Assembly: GCA_964536865.1 (NCBI GenBank)
Contig: CAZHYN010000014.1
Coordinates: forward strand, 1 to 32,000
Direction of reading: 5' to 3'
DNA length: 32,000 nt
Source of the DNA: an uncultured Planctomycetia bacterium
Lineage (GTDB): Bacteria; Omnitrophota; Gorgyraeia; Duberdicusellales; 4484-171
The notes below the pieces were generated by a model that searched no databases, was not told the DNA's origin, and was given only the letters and a program-made list of their open reading frames with translations. The position numbers and the translations under genes were made by a program. Of the stretch, positions 24,025 through 32,000 are shown in pieces. The number at the start of each line of letters is the position of its first letter. The stretch's first letter is position 1.

Positions 24025-26645
24025 GATAGAAACTCCTCTAAAACCAGGACCAATCTATCTTTAAAAGAAGAAAAATTACTATCTTTAAATACTCCCTGAC
24101 AGACAGAAGCCTTTCCGCCTCCTCTTAGATTCAGAGTTTCTTTGTATTTAGAAACAAACTCCTTGCAAGAGAAGCCTTTGGTTTCTAACTCTTTAGTAAC
24201 TGCTAAAACAAAGATAGAACCCTCTTTTGTGGGAGAGGATAGAAATACAATACAAGAAGAGAGTCTTTCTCTGACTTTGTCGCTAAGATAGAGAAGATGT
24301 GAATAATCTTTATTAGGAAGTTGAGTAATTACCACCTTTATCTCTTTTACTTGATAGCTACTATTACTTATTATTTCATCTATTTTGGAATTTAATATCT
24401 CCTTCTCTAAGTTCTCTACTTTCTCCTTTTGTAACTTTAACTCCACATTAAGCTCATTAATCCTTTTTAAAATTTCCTCTTCTTCTTTTGTTCTCAGAAG
24501 GGCTGATAAATTCTCCACTAAATTTTTATAAAAAGAGTATTTCTTATAAGCTAACTTTCCTGTTAAAGCTTCGATCCTTCTTACTCCACTGCTGATTGAA
24601 GACTCTGAGATGATACAAAAACTCCCTATTTGAGAAGTATTATCCAAATGGGTGCCTCCACACAACTCTTTACTATAAGAAGCTATAGATACCATCCTTA
24701 CATATTTAGAATATTTCTCCTCAAAGAATGCCAAAGCTTTTTCTTTCTTTGCTTCCTCATAAGGAACTATCTTTTTCTCAACCTTATCAGCTCTAACAAT
24801 AAACTCATTAACCAACTCTTCCACTCTAGTCAGTTCTTGGGGAGTTAAACTTTTAAAATGAGTAAAATCAAATCTTAATCTATCAGGAGCCACCAAAGAA
24901 CCTTGCTGAGTTACATGGGTACCTAAGACCTTCCTTAGAGCTGCTTGAAGAAGATGAGTAGCAGTGTGTGCTCGCATAATGGCAAATCTCCTTTCGTCAT
25001 CTACAGAAGCTAAAGCCACGGTGGGAGTAATAATTCCTTCTTCTACTTTACCTATGTGAATGATTATATCTTTGAGTTTTTTCACATCTTCCACAAGAAA
25101 TTTCCCCTCTTCGGTAGCAATCAATCCTTTATCAGGGAGTTGACCTCCTGATTCAGGATAAAAAGGCGTTTTATCTAAAATAAGTATCCCTTTATCTCCT
25201 TTAGAGAGTTTATCTATTTTTTTATTTTCTTTAACAATGCCTATAATTTTAGATGTATAAGATAAGTCTGTGTATCCTATAAACTCAGTAGGCTCAAAAT
25301 CAGGAAAGTCTTGAGAGAAAAAAATCTCTTCTTCAAACATACTTCTACTTCGTGAAAGTTCTTTTTGAATCTGTAAAATCTTATCAAATCCTTCCCAATC
25401 TACTTGATAATTTCCCTTTTTTGCTAAATCCTCTATCAATTCTGGTCCAAAACCATAGGTATCATAAAGCTTAAATACTTCCTCTCCTTTTAAAAACCTT
25501 CTCCCTTCTCTTTTTGTATTTTCTAAAATAAGAGAAAAAAATCTCCTTCCACTATCAATTGTTCTAAAAAATTTTTCTTCTTCAGCAAGAATTACCGCCG
25601 AAATATCTTCTTTTTTCTCCCATACTTCAGGATAAGGATTTCTCATAAGTTCTCCGTAGATAGGCACAAGTTTATAGAGAAAAGGAGCTTTTCTCTTTAA
25701 GCTATAACCGTGATATAAAGCTCTTCTTATTAACTTTCTCACTATATACCCTCTCTCCTCATTAGAAGGAAATATCCCATCACAGATAGCAAAAGTTACC
25801 GCTCTAGTATGGTCTACGATAGCGTTAATTAAAGCGTCTTTAGAGGAATCTTTGAGATCAACTTTTAAAATCTCTTTTACAAATTGATTAGGTGGAAAAA
25901 GGATATCAATATGAAAATTTGTTTCCTTACCCTGAAGAATAGAAGCCATTCTTTCTAGTCCCATTCCTGTATCGATGTTCTTCTGAGGCAAAGGTTCTAA
26001 ATTATTTTCTCCTACCCGATTAAATTGAGTAAATACCAAGTTCCATATTTCTACAAATCTGCCGCAGTCACAAGCAGGAGAACATTCTTTCCTTCTACAC
26101 CCAACTTCCTCTCCTCTATCAAAGAAAATTTCTGAACAAGGCCCACAGGGTCCATTGGGTCCCTTAGTAGGAGCACTAGCAGGCCAGAAATTTTTATCTT
26201 CTCCTAACTTTACTATCTTATTTTTATTTATTCCTATCTTTTTAAGCCAATAAGTAAGTGCTTCTCCATCATCCTGATATACAGAAATCCATAAGTTATT
26301 TTCAGGAAGATTTAAAACTTTAGTAAGAAATTCCCAAGCAAATTCAATTGCTTCTTTTTTGAAGTAATCGCCAAAGGAAAAATTACCTAGCATTTCAAAG
26401 AAAGTATGATGATAGGCAGTTTTGCCTACTTTTTCTAGGTCATCGGTACGCAAACACTTCTGACAAGAAGCGGCACGCTTTAAGTCTTTCTTCTCTCCTA
26501 AAAAGTAAGGTTTAAACTGATTCATGCCTGCGGAAGTAAAAAGTAAAGAGGGATCAAGAGAAACCAGAGAATCAGAAGGAAAAATTCTATGTTCTTTACT
26601 TTTAAAAAAATCTAAAAATTTACTCCTCAATAAGTCTGTTTTCAT
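24012..26645 (-). CDS. alaS: alanine-tRNA ligase
   Basis: 877-aa ORF with FLDFFKSKEHRIFPSDSLV, FTSAGMNQFKP and the editing-domain HTATHLL motif. Confidence 0.95.
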   Translation of the reverse strand: MKTDLLRSKFLDFFKSKEHRIFPSDSLVSLDPSLLFTSAGMNQFKPYFLGEKKDLKRAASCQKCLRTDDLEKVGKTAYHHTFFEMLGNFSFGDYFKKEAIEFAWEFLTKVLNLPENNLWISVYQDDGEALTYWLKKIGINKNKIVKLGEDKNFWPASAPTKGPNGPCGPCSEIFFDRGEEVGCRRKECSPACDCGRFVEIWNLVFTQFNRVGENNLEPLPQKNIDTGMGLERMASILQGKETNFHIDILFPPNQFVKEILKVDLKDSSKDALINAIVDHTRAVTFAICDGIFPSNEERGYIVRKLIRRALYHGYSLKRKAPFLYKLVPIYGELMRNPYPEVWEKKEDISAVILAEEEKFFRTIDSGRRFFSLILENTKREGRRFLKGEEVFKLYDTYGFGPELIEDLAKKGNYQVDWEGFDKILQIQKELSRSRSMFEEEIFFSQDFPDFEPTEFIGYTDLSYTSKIIGIVKENKKIDKLSKGDKGILILDKTPFYPESGGQLPDKGLIATEEGKFLVEDVKKLKDIIIHIGKVEEGIITPTVALASVDDERRFAIMRAHTATHLLQAALRKVLGTHVTQQGSLVAPDRLRFDFTHFKSLTPQELTRVEELVNEFIVRADKVEKKIVPYEEAKKEKALAFFEEKYSKYVRMVSIASYSKELCGGTHLDNTSQIGSFCIISESSISSGVRRIEALTGKLAYKKYSFYKNLVENLSALLRTKEEEEILKRINELNVELKLQKEKVENLEKEILNSKIDEIISNSSYQVKEIKVVITQLPNKDYSHLLYLSDKVRERLSSCIVFLSSPTKEGSIFVLAVTKELETKGFSCKEFVSKYKETLNLRGGGKASVCQGVFKDSNFSSFKDRLVLVLEEFLSCVF

Positions 26646-27090
26646 CTTTTTCTAAATATCTTAGAATCTCATCATAAGAAAATCCTCTCTGGAGAAGATA
26701 ATGCATAATTTTTTCTCTTCTTTTTTTTTCATTTTTATATTTTCTATTAAGCTTGCCAATCAGTCTTCTTAATATTTCCTGCTGATTAAATTCTTTTTCT
26801 GCTTTCTGTAAAATTTCTTCTGCTAGAGAATGATGAATACCTAATCTTCCCAAATCAAAAAGAATTTTTCTTTTACCGAAACCATGTTCTACTCTTTCTT
26901 TAATAAAAGCATAAGTAAATTCTCTATCATTAATGTAGTTATGTTCCTGAAGGTAGTCTATTACTTTTTCAATAATAGAATCTTCAAACCTCTTTTTCTT
27001 GAGGCGGTCTTTTATTTCCTTAATAGTTCTTAATCTATACTTTAAAAGAAGAAAGGAATAGTTTAAAGCTTTTTTAAATTGATCAATCAA
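26620..27090 (-). CDS. recX: recombination regulator RecX
   Basis: 156-aa helical-repeat ORF with ALNYSFLLLKYRLRTIKEIKDRLKKKRF...YLQEHNYINDREF, the RecX pattern, in the recA neighbourhood. Confidence 0.75.
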   Translation of the reverse strand: MIDQFKKALNYSFLLLKYRLRTIKEIKDRLKKKRFEDSIIEKVIDYLQEHNYINDREFTYAFIKERVEHGFGKRKILFDLGRLGIHHSLAEEILQKAEKEFNQQEILRRLIGKLNRKYKNEKKRREKIMHYLLQRGFSYDEILRYLEKDENRLIEE

Positions 27091-27092
27091 AA

Positions 27093-28514
27093 TTAATCTT
27101 CTTTTAGAACAAAATAACCTCTGTTAGTCTTCACTAAGCACTTACCTTTAATTTTGGAGACCACTCGTTTAAAATCTTCTTTATCTTTTACTCTATTTCC
27201 TTCGATATTTAAAATAACATCTCCTATTTCCAAACCCGACTTTTCTGCAGGAGAATCTTCTTCAATCTCTACAATAACAACTCCCTCTTTTTCTTTTATT
27301 CTAAATCTTCTTTGTAAATAAGGGGTAATGTTTTCTACTTTCATTCCTCTAAAGACATATCCCTCTTTTACTGATTCTTCTAATTCTCGGATATCTTCGG
27401 GACGTTTACCTACTTTCACTATTAAAGTAATTTCTTTACCCGAACGTAATACCACTACCGGAATTTTCTCTCCTACTTGAGTGGAAGTAACCATTCTTAC
27501 TAGATCTCTACTTGCCTTTACTTTCCTATTATTGAAAACCAAAATTAAATCTCCCTCTTTTATCCCTGCACGTTCTGCAGGAGAATCTTTAAATACTTTA
27601 ACAACAATTACTCCTTCTTTCTCCTTTATACCAAAGTAACTTCTTAAATCCTCATTTAGATCTTGAATACTTACTCCTAACCATCCATAAAGTATTTTCT
27701 CTCCTCTTATTAACTTCTTAAGGATTCGTTTAGCTTTGTTTATAGGAATAGCAAACCCTATACCTTCATATCCTCCACTTATAGTAATAATGGCTGTATT
27801 TATACCAATAACTTCTCCATCCAGGTTGACTAAGGGTCCTCCACTATTTCCAGGATTTATTGCTGCGTCAGTTTGAATTAAATCATCGTAAGCTCGCTCT
27901 CTCCTTCCTAGGGAAGGTAAATACCTATGTAAGGCACTTATAACTCCCATAGTTACTGTAGGTTCTGGATTTTCTATAGCAAATCCAAAAGGATTACCTA
28001 TAGCCAACACCCACTGTCCTATTTTAACATTATCGGAATTACCTAATTCTGCCACAGGAAGATTGTGAGCTTCTATTTTTATCACTGCTAAGTCACTCCT
28101 TCTATCCTTACCTTTGAGTACAGCGTCGAATTCCCTACCGTCAGAAAGCTTTACTTTTATTTCTTTAGCACCAGCTATAACATGTTCATTAGTTAATATA
28201 TAACCTTCTTTATCAATTATTACACCACTACCTAAACCTATCCTCTTGTATTCTCTCTCTGGTATTTCCCCAAAGAACTCCTCAAAAAATTTTCTAAAAA
28301 ATTCATCCCCAAAATCTTCAAAAGGAGATCCTCGAAAATAAATCCCTCCTACTTTTTCTCTTACTACTGCACTGATAGAAACCACTGCTTCCCCTACCTG
28401 TTTAGCAACTTTTATAGTAGCTTCTTCTAAATCTTTTATTCGTTGGGAAAATCCTGAAAAAGGAATAGTTACAAAAAAGGAAAGAAATATTACAATAGTC
28501 AACACTCTTTTCAT
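27093..28514 (-). CDS. htrA: HtrA/DegP-family periplasmic serine protease with two PDZ domains
   Basis: 473-aa ORF with a signal peptide, TNEHV (His), GNSGGPLVN (Ser) and two PDZ-like repeats (SPAERAGIKEGD, SPAEKSGLEIGD). Confidence 0.9.
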   Translation of the reverse strand: MKRVLTIVIFLSFFVTIPFSGFSQRIKDLEEATIKVAKQVGEAVVSISAVVREKVGGIYFRGSPFEDFGDEFFRKFFEEFFGEIPEREYKRIGLGSGVIIDKEGYILTNEHVIAGAKEIKVKLSDGREFDAVLKGKDRRSDLAVIKIEAHNLPVAELGNSDNVKIGQWVLAIGNPFGFAIENPEPTVTMGVISALHRYLPSLGRRERAYDDLIQTDAAINPGNSGGPLVNLDGEVIGINTAIITISGGYEGIGFAIPINKAKRILKKLIRGEKILYGWLGVSIQDLNEDLRSYFGIKEKEGVIVVKVFKDSPAERAGIKEGDLILVFNNRKVKASRDLVRMVTSTQVGEKIPVVVLRSGKEITLIVKVGKRPEDIRELEESVKEGYVFRGMKVENITPYLQRRFRIKEKEGVVIVEIEEDSPAEKSGLEIGDVILNIEGNRVKDKEDFKRVVSKIKGKCLVKTNRGYFVLKED

Positions 28515-28523
28515 TAAAACCTC

Positions 28524-29522
28524 CTATCCTCCTATTTTCTTTACTTCCTCTTCTATTTCTTGATAGAGACTTTCCTCCTCTCTAAGAAGCTTACGCAATG
28601 ATTCTCTTCCTTGAGCTAAATTTTTATCTTTATAAGAAAACCAACTCCCTGATTTCTTTATTACTCCTACAGCTAAAGCAGCATCGATTAGAGCTCCCAC
28701 TTTAGAGACCCCTTCATCGTAGATTATCTCAAAAAAAGCTTCTTTAAAAGGGGGTGCTACTTTATTCTTTACTATCTTCGCTCTCACCTTACTTCCCAAA
28801 ATTTTTCCATCAGAAGCAGTAATAGTAGCAATTTTTCTTAAATCTATCCTTACCGAGGCATAGAATTTTAATGCTCTTCCTCCAGGAGTAATCTCAGGAG
28901 AACCAAACATTACGCCAATTTTTTCTCTTATTTGATTGATAAACACAACACAAGTTTTAGATTTGCTTATTGCAGCAGTTAATTTTCTTAAAGCCTGACT
29001 CATAAGTCTTGCCTGAAGTCCAATCTGAGCCTCTCCCATTTCCCCTTCTATTTCTGCTCGAGGAGCTAGAGCAGCTACAGAATCAATTACAATCAAATCC
29101 ACAGCATTACTTCTCACCAATGTCTCCACAATCTCTAATGCTTGTTCTCCTGTATCTGGTTGAGAAATAAGTAAATCTTCTAAATTTACTCCAATTATCT
29201 TTGCATATGTAGGATCAAAAGCATGTTCGGCATCTATAAAAGCAGCTACTCCTCCATCTTTCTGGGCTTGAGCAATTATACTTAAAGTAAGTGTAGTCTT
29301 ACCAGAAGCTTCGGGACCAAAAACTTCAATAACTCTTCCTCGAGGGAGCCCGCCCACACCTAAAGCTTTATCCAAAGAAATTATTCCTGTAGGGATAGAT
29401 TCCACATCCAATCTTACTCCTTCTCCCAAACGCATAATTGCTCCTTTACCAAATTGTTTTTCAATCTGGGAAAGAGCAAGCTCTAAAGCCTTCTGTCTAT
29501 CGTTTAATCTACTTTTTTCCAT
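28524..29522 (-). CDS. recA: recombinase RecA
   Basis: 332-aa ORF with [11 protein letters not shown] (Walker A), IVIDSVAAL and canonical RecA L1/L2 regions. AAGGAGG SD. Confidence 0.97.
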   Translation of the reverse strand: MEKSRLNDRQKALELALSQIEKQFGKGAIMRLGEGVRLDVESIPTGIISLDKALGVGGLPRGRVIEVFGPEASGKTTLTLSIIAQAQKDGGVAAFIDAEHAFDPTYAKIIGVNLEDLLISQPDTGEQALEIVETLVRSNAVDLIVIDSVAALAPRAEIEGEMGEAQIGLQARLMSQALRKLTAAISKSKTCVVFINQIREKIGVMFGSPEITPGGRALKFYASVRIDLRKIATITASDGKILGSKVRAKIVKNKVAPPFKEAFFEIIYDEGVSKVGALIDAALAVGVIKKSGSWFSYKDKNLAQGRESLRKLLREEESLYQEIEEEVKKIGG

Positions 29523-29548
29523 AAGCTTCCTCCTTCTTAAATAAAGAT

Positions 29549-29577
29549 ATTATACCCTTAAGGAATAAAGATGTCAA
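29549..29577 (-). promoter_or_regulatory. consensus sigma-70-type promoter TTGACA-17-TATAAT upstream of recA
   Basis: The minus strand reads atTTGACAtctttattccttaagggTATAATatctttatttaagaaggaggaagcttATG. The -35 overlaps the plsY stop codon. Confidence 0.65.
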
Positions 29578-30173
29578 AATCTCAACTCTTTTTTAGAAAT
29601 AAGATTACCTATATTTTTCTTATGTCTTATAACAACAAAGATAAATACTAAAAAGGAGAAAATTTTAATTTCACAGGGAACGTTCAGAAATAAAGTTATC
29701 CCGAAAAAAGATAATCCTCCAATAAGAGAAGCCAAAGAGACATACCGAAATAGAAAAAATACAACTGCCCACAACACAATAGTAAGAAAAAATGATATAA
29801 CAAGAGGAGGGAAAATCAAAGTTAATCCTGCAATAACACCTATACTGGTAGCCACGCCTTTACCTCCTTTAAATTTTAGAAAAAGAGACCAGTTATGGCC
29901 CACTATCGCAGAAAGGGATACAAAAATATAAAACATAGGTATTTTTTCTTTAATTATCAAACTTATTAAGAAAGGAGCGATCAATCCCTTAGAAAAATCC
30001 AAAAAGAAAGTTAATATCCCCCATTTTTTCCCCAACACCCTAGCAGCATTAGTAGCTCCAATGTTACCAGAACCAAAATTTCTTATATCAACTCCCTTTA
30101 TGATCTTAGCTATAATATATCCGAAAGGTATACTTCCTATTATATAAGCGAAAAAACAGGTTAAAACTATCAT
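29574..30173 (-). CDS. plsY: glycerol-3-phosphate acyltransferase PlsY
   Basis: 199-aa membrane ORF with GSIPFGYIIAK and GSGNIGATNAARVLG. Confidence 0.9.
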   Translation of the reverse strand: MIVLTCFFAYIIGSIPFGYIIAKIIKGVDIRNFGSGNIGATNAARVLGKKWGILTFFLDFSKGLIAPFLISLIIKEKIPMFYIFVSLSAIVGHNWSLFLKFKGGKGVATSIGVIAGLTLIFPPLVISFFLTIVLWAVVFFLFRYVSLASLIGGLSFFGITLFLNVPCEIKIFSFLVFIFVVIRHKKNIGNLISKKELRF

Positions 30174-30177
30174 ATAA

Positions 30178-30723
30178 TCACTTACCTTTGCTTTCTGCTA
30201 AGTTTAAGCAGCTTATTCCTCTCTTTATATATCCTATCCCAGAAATCAAAGTAAAGATTACCGCTAAATTCCAGATTAAGAAAGAAAATTTTACATTCAT
30301 AAGTACTACAAGAACAGTAATCATCTGGAAAAAAGTTGTAAGTTTACCCCATATGGAAGGAAAGATAGGAACCTCTACCTTTAAGAAGTGAAGAATGGCT
30401 ATGCCTAGAAGAATAATAAAATCTCTACTTACCACTATAAGAACTACCCATAAGGGAATATTGAAATCTAAAAGTTTGAGTGATAAAAAAGCAGTAATCA
30501 AAAGTACTTTGTCAGCGAGAGGATCGACAACTTTCCCTATTTCTGATTTTTCTTTCTTTATTCTAGCTACCAATCCATCTAAGAAATCACTTATTATTGC
30601 TAAAAAAAACACTCCTATAGCTAAGTATCTAAAATAATCACGAGATTTAGAATAGATAAGAAAAGATACAAAAATAGGAACTAAAATGATTCTTGAGATA
30701 GATAACTTATCGGCAAAACTCAC
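30178..30723 (-). CDS. pgsA: CDP-alcohol phosphatidyltransferase (PgsA-like)
   Basis: 181-aa membrane ORF with DFLDGLVARIKKEKSEIGKVVDPLADK, which matches DGx2ARx8Gx3Dx3D. GTG start. Confidence 0.85.
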   Translation of the reverse strand: MSFADKLSISRIILVPIFVSFLIYSKSRDYFRYLAIGVFFLAIISDFLDGLVARIKKEKSEIGKVVDPLADKVLLITAFLSLKLLDFNIPLWVVLIVVSRDFIILLGIAILHFLKVEVPIFPSIWGKLTTFFQMITVLVVLMNVKFSFLIWNLAVIFTLISGIGYIKRGISCLNLAESKGK

Positions 30724-30786
30724 AATTTATACTTCTTACTTCTAATAAAACTTTTATCTTTTTATACAACTTTTAATCTGGAGTCT

Positions 30787-31092
30787 CTAATTACCTTTTT
30801 CTTTAAGAGGTTTCAGTTCTGTCCCATCATAGGGGCAATACTTAACTGAAGAAGGGAATCTTCGCCCACATTTTGGACAAAATTTTGTCTCCATCTGCTC
30901 AGCAATTACTGCTCCTGCAACTGCCCCAGTAGCTGCTCCGATACCTGCTCCTTCTGCAGTATGTCCTGATTGATGCCCAATAATTGCTCCTAAGGCACCT
31001 CCTGCTACAGCTCCAGTAGCTGCCCCTCTTTGAACAGTTGTACAGGAAATTAACAACAAAGGAATCAAGAGCAACCATACAAACTTAACCAT
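30787..31092 (-). CDS. lipoprotein with a glycine-zipper segment and a C-terminal zinc-ribbon-like CxxC...CxxDG motif
   Basis: 101-aa ORF with lipobox LLISC, GAATGAVAGGALGAIIG...GAGIGAATGAVAGAVI, then CPKCGRRFPSSVKYCPYDG. AAGGAG SD. Confidence 0.65.
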   Translation of the reverse strand: MVKFVWLLLIPLLLISCTTVQRGAATGAVAGGALGAIIGHQSGHTAEGAGIGAATGAVAGAVIAEQMETKFCPKCGRRFPSSVKYCPYDGTELKPLKEKGN

Positions 31093-31104
31093 CTTTTCTC
31101 CTTT

Positions 31105-31674
31105 CTATTCAATTATCCCTATACGTGAAGGAGGCCACCAAATAAATATAGCCTTACCAACTATATCTTTTTGATCAACAAATCCCCAAAATCTTGAATC
31201 TAAACTAGAAAGGCTGTTATCCCCCAAAACAAAATATTTACCTGGAGGAACTATTATTTCCTTATTTCTCTCCCCATACTCTCCTTGATTATAATAGTAA
31301 TGATTAGCAATCTTAGGATCGGTAACTAATTTTCCATTTATATAAATATTACCCTTTCTAATAACAATATGATCTCCGGGTAAGCCAATCAATCTTTTAA
31401 TGTAAGCCTTAGTTCTATCGTGAGGAGGAATAAAAACAATCACTTCCCCTCGCTGAGGCTTACGAAACCCATGGATCCTCAAACTAGTAAAAGGTACTTT
31501 AGGACCGTAAATTAACTTACTTACGAAAATCTTATCCCCAGGTTTAAGAGTGGGAATCATAGAAGTAGTAGGGATTTTATATATTTGAAAGAAAAAGGTC
31601 CTTATAAAAGTTGCTAGACAAGCAGCGATAATTATAGACTCTATCCATTCTCTTAGTACACTTTTCTTAGGCAT
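31105..31674 (-). CDS. lepB: signal peptidase I
   Basis: 189-aa ORF with PTTSMIPTLKPGD (catalytic Ser), KRLIGLPGD (Lys) and GDNSLSSLDSRFWGFV. Confidence 0.9.
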   Translation of the reverse strand: MPKKSVLREWIESIIIAACLATFIRTFFFQIYKIPTTSMIPTLKPGDKIFVSKLIYGPKVPFTSLRIHGFRKPQRGEVIVFIPPHDRTKAYIKRLIGLPGDHIVIRKGNIYINGKLVTDPKIANHYYYNQGEYGERNKEIIVPPGKYFVLGDNSLSSLDSRFWGFVDQKDIVGKAIFIWWPPSRIGIIE

Positions 31675-31676
31675 CC

Positions 31677-32000
31677 TTACATTTTTAATACTTCCAAAAA
31701 TGCCTCTTTAGGAACAGTTATGTTCCCCAACTGTTTCATTTTTTTCTTTCCTTTCTTCTGCTTTTCCCAAAGTTTCCTTTTCCTGGTAATATCTCCTCCA
31801 TAACATTTGGCAGTAACATTCTTTCTTAAGGGAGGAATCCTTTCTGAAGAAATAATTTTAGAGCCAATCGCTACCTGTATATTTACTTCAAACATCTGAC
31901 GAGGAATTAGTTCTTTCAGCTTTACTACCACACTTCTTGCTTTTGATTCAGCGTCGTCCTTATGAGTTAGTAAAGAAAATGCTTCTACAGGCCTTCTATT
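31677..32000 (-). CDS. lepA: elongation factor 4 (LepA), C-terminal part; 5' end beyond the right window edge
   Basis: The C-terminal sequence [43 protein letters not shown] is the conserved LepA tail. The frame appears to continue upstream of the listed M through base 32000 (by eye). lepA-lepB synteny. Confidence 0.85.
   Translation of the reverse strand, partial: NRRPVEAFSLLTHKDDAESKARSVVVKLKELIPRQMFEVNIQVAIGSKIISSERIPPLRKNVTAKCYGGDITRKRKLWEKQKKGKKKMKQLGNITVPKEAFLEVLKM

Noticed and set aside
1187-30637. Twelve plus-strand ORFs in the supplied track (1187-1420, 2389-2637, 3585-3839, 5709-6047, 6595-6795, 7690-8028, 12350-12571, 16975-17181, 23768-24064, 24630-24848, 30188-30391, 30395-30637)
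   Set aside because: Each lies wholly or almost wholly antisense to a longer minus-strand gene with clear family motifs. The translations are low-complexity Leu/Ser/Phe/Ile/Lys-rich strings with no recognisable domains. They lack SD or promoter context. They are typical shadow ORFs in AT-rich DNA.
1-32000. CRISPR arrays, IS elements, integrases, prophage, toxin-antitoxin or known defence-system genes
   Set aside because: No spaced direct-repeat array, transposase, integrase, reverse transcriptase or typical small paired TA ORFs are visible. The only repeats are the short intergenic motifs reported above.

Overview
AT-rich bacterial chromosomal segment (roughly 30% G+C by eye, not computed). 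Every credible gene, about 32, is on the minus strand, and they are tightly packed with many 4-nt ATGA-type start/stop overlaps. I saw no rRNA, tRNA, CRISPR array, transposase, integrase or phage gene. The right ~24 kb is mostly housekeeping, read in transcription order from right to left: lepA (partial), lepB, a glycine-zipper/zinc-ribbon lipoprotein, pgsA, plsY, recA, htrA, recX, alaS, hisD, hisB, hisA, a relic of an outer-membrane beta-barrel gene, an orphan GroES-like gene, a radical-SAM gene, a PilZ gene, a decayed DUF362/ferredoxin gene, an addA/addB-like helicase-nuclease pair, an APC permease fused to a PTS-EIIA domain, a pyruvate kinase lacking the C-terminal domain, a DUF62 SAM hydrolase, a TtcA-like PP-loop enzyme and a stand-alone CoaB. 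The stand-out is the left 7.4 kb. It holds a non-canonical fatty-acid/polyketide-like cluster: a catalytically dead KS-beta/CLF-like protein, a FabG-type KR, a 47-codon sORF in the acpP position, a FabZ-type DH and an active KS. These are followed by an ICMT-type membrane methyltransferase, an acyl-ACP-reductase-like protein with a degenerate nucleotide loop, a nitroreductase and a CrtI-like flavoenzyme that runs off the left edge. The five-gene core is bracketed by two related repeat/hairpin modules. The 294-bp gap upstream of the core holds the only GC-rich structured DNA in the window: tandem 15-nt palindromes and a plus-strand terminator-like hairpin that may mark a small RNA. Several operon-first genes have a -10 element 8-10 nt from the start codon and no Shine-Dalgarno, which suggests leaderless mRNAs alongside SD-led genes. 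All functional calls come from motif recognition by eye, not from database searches.
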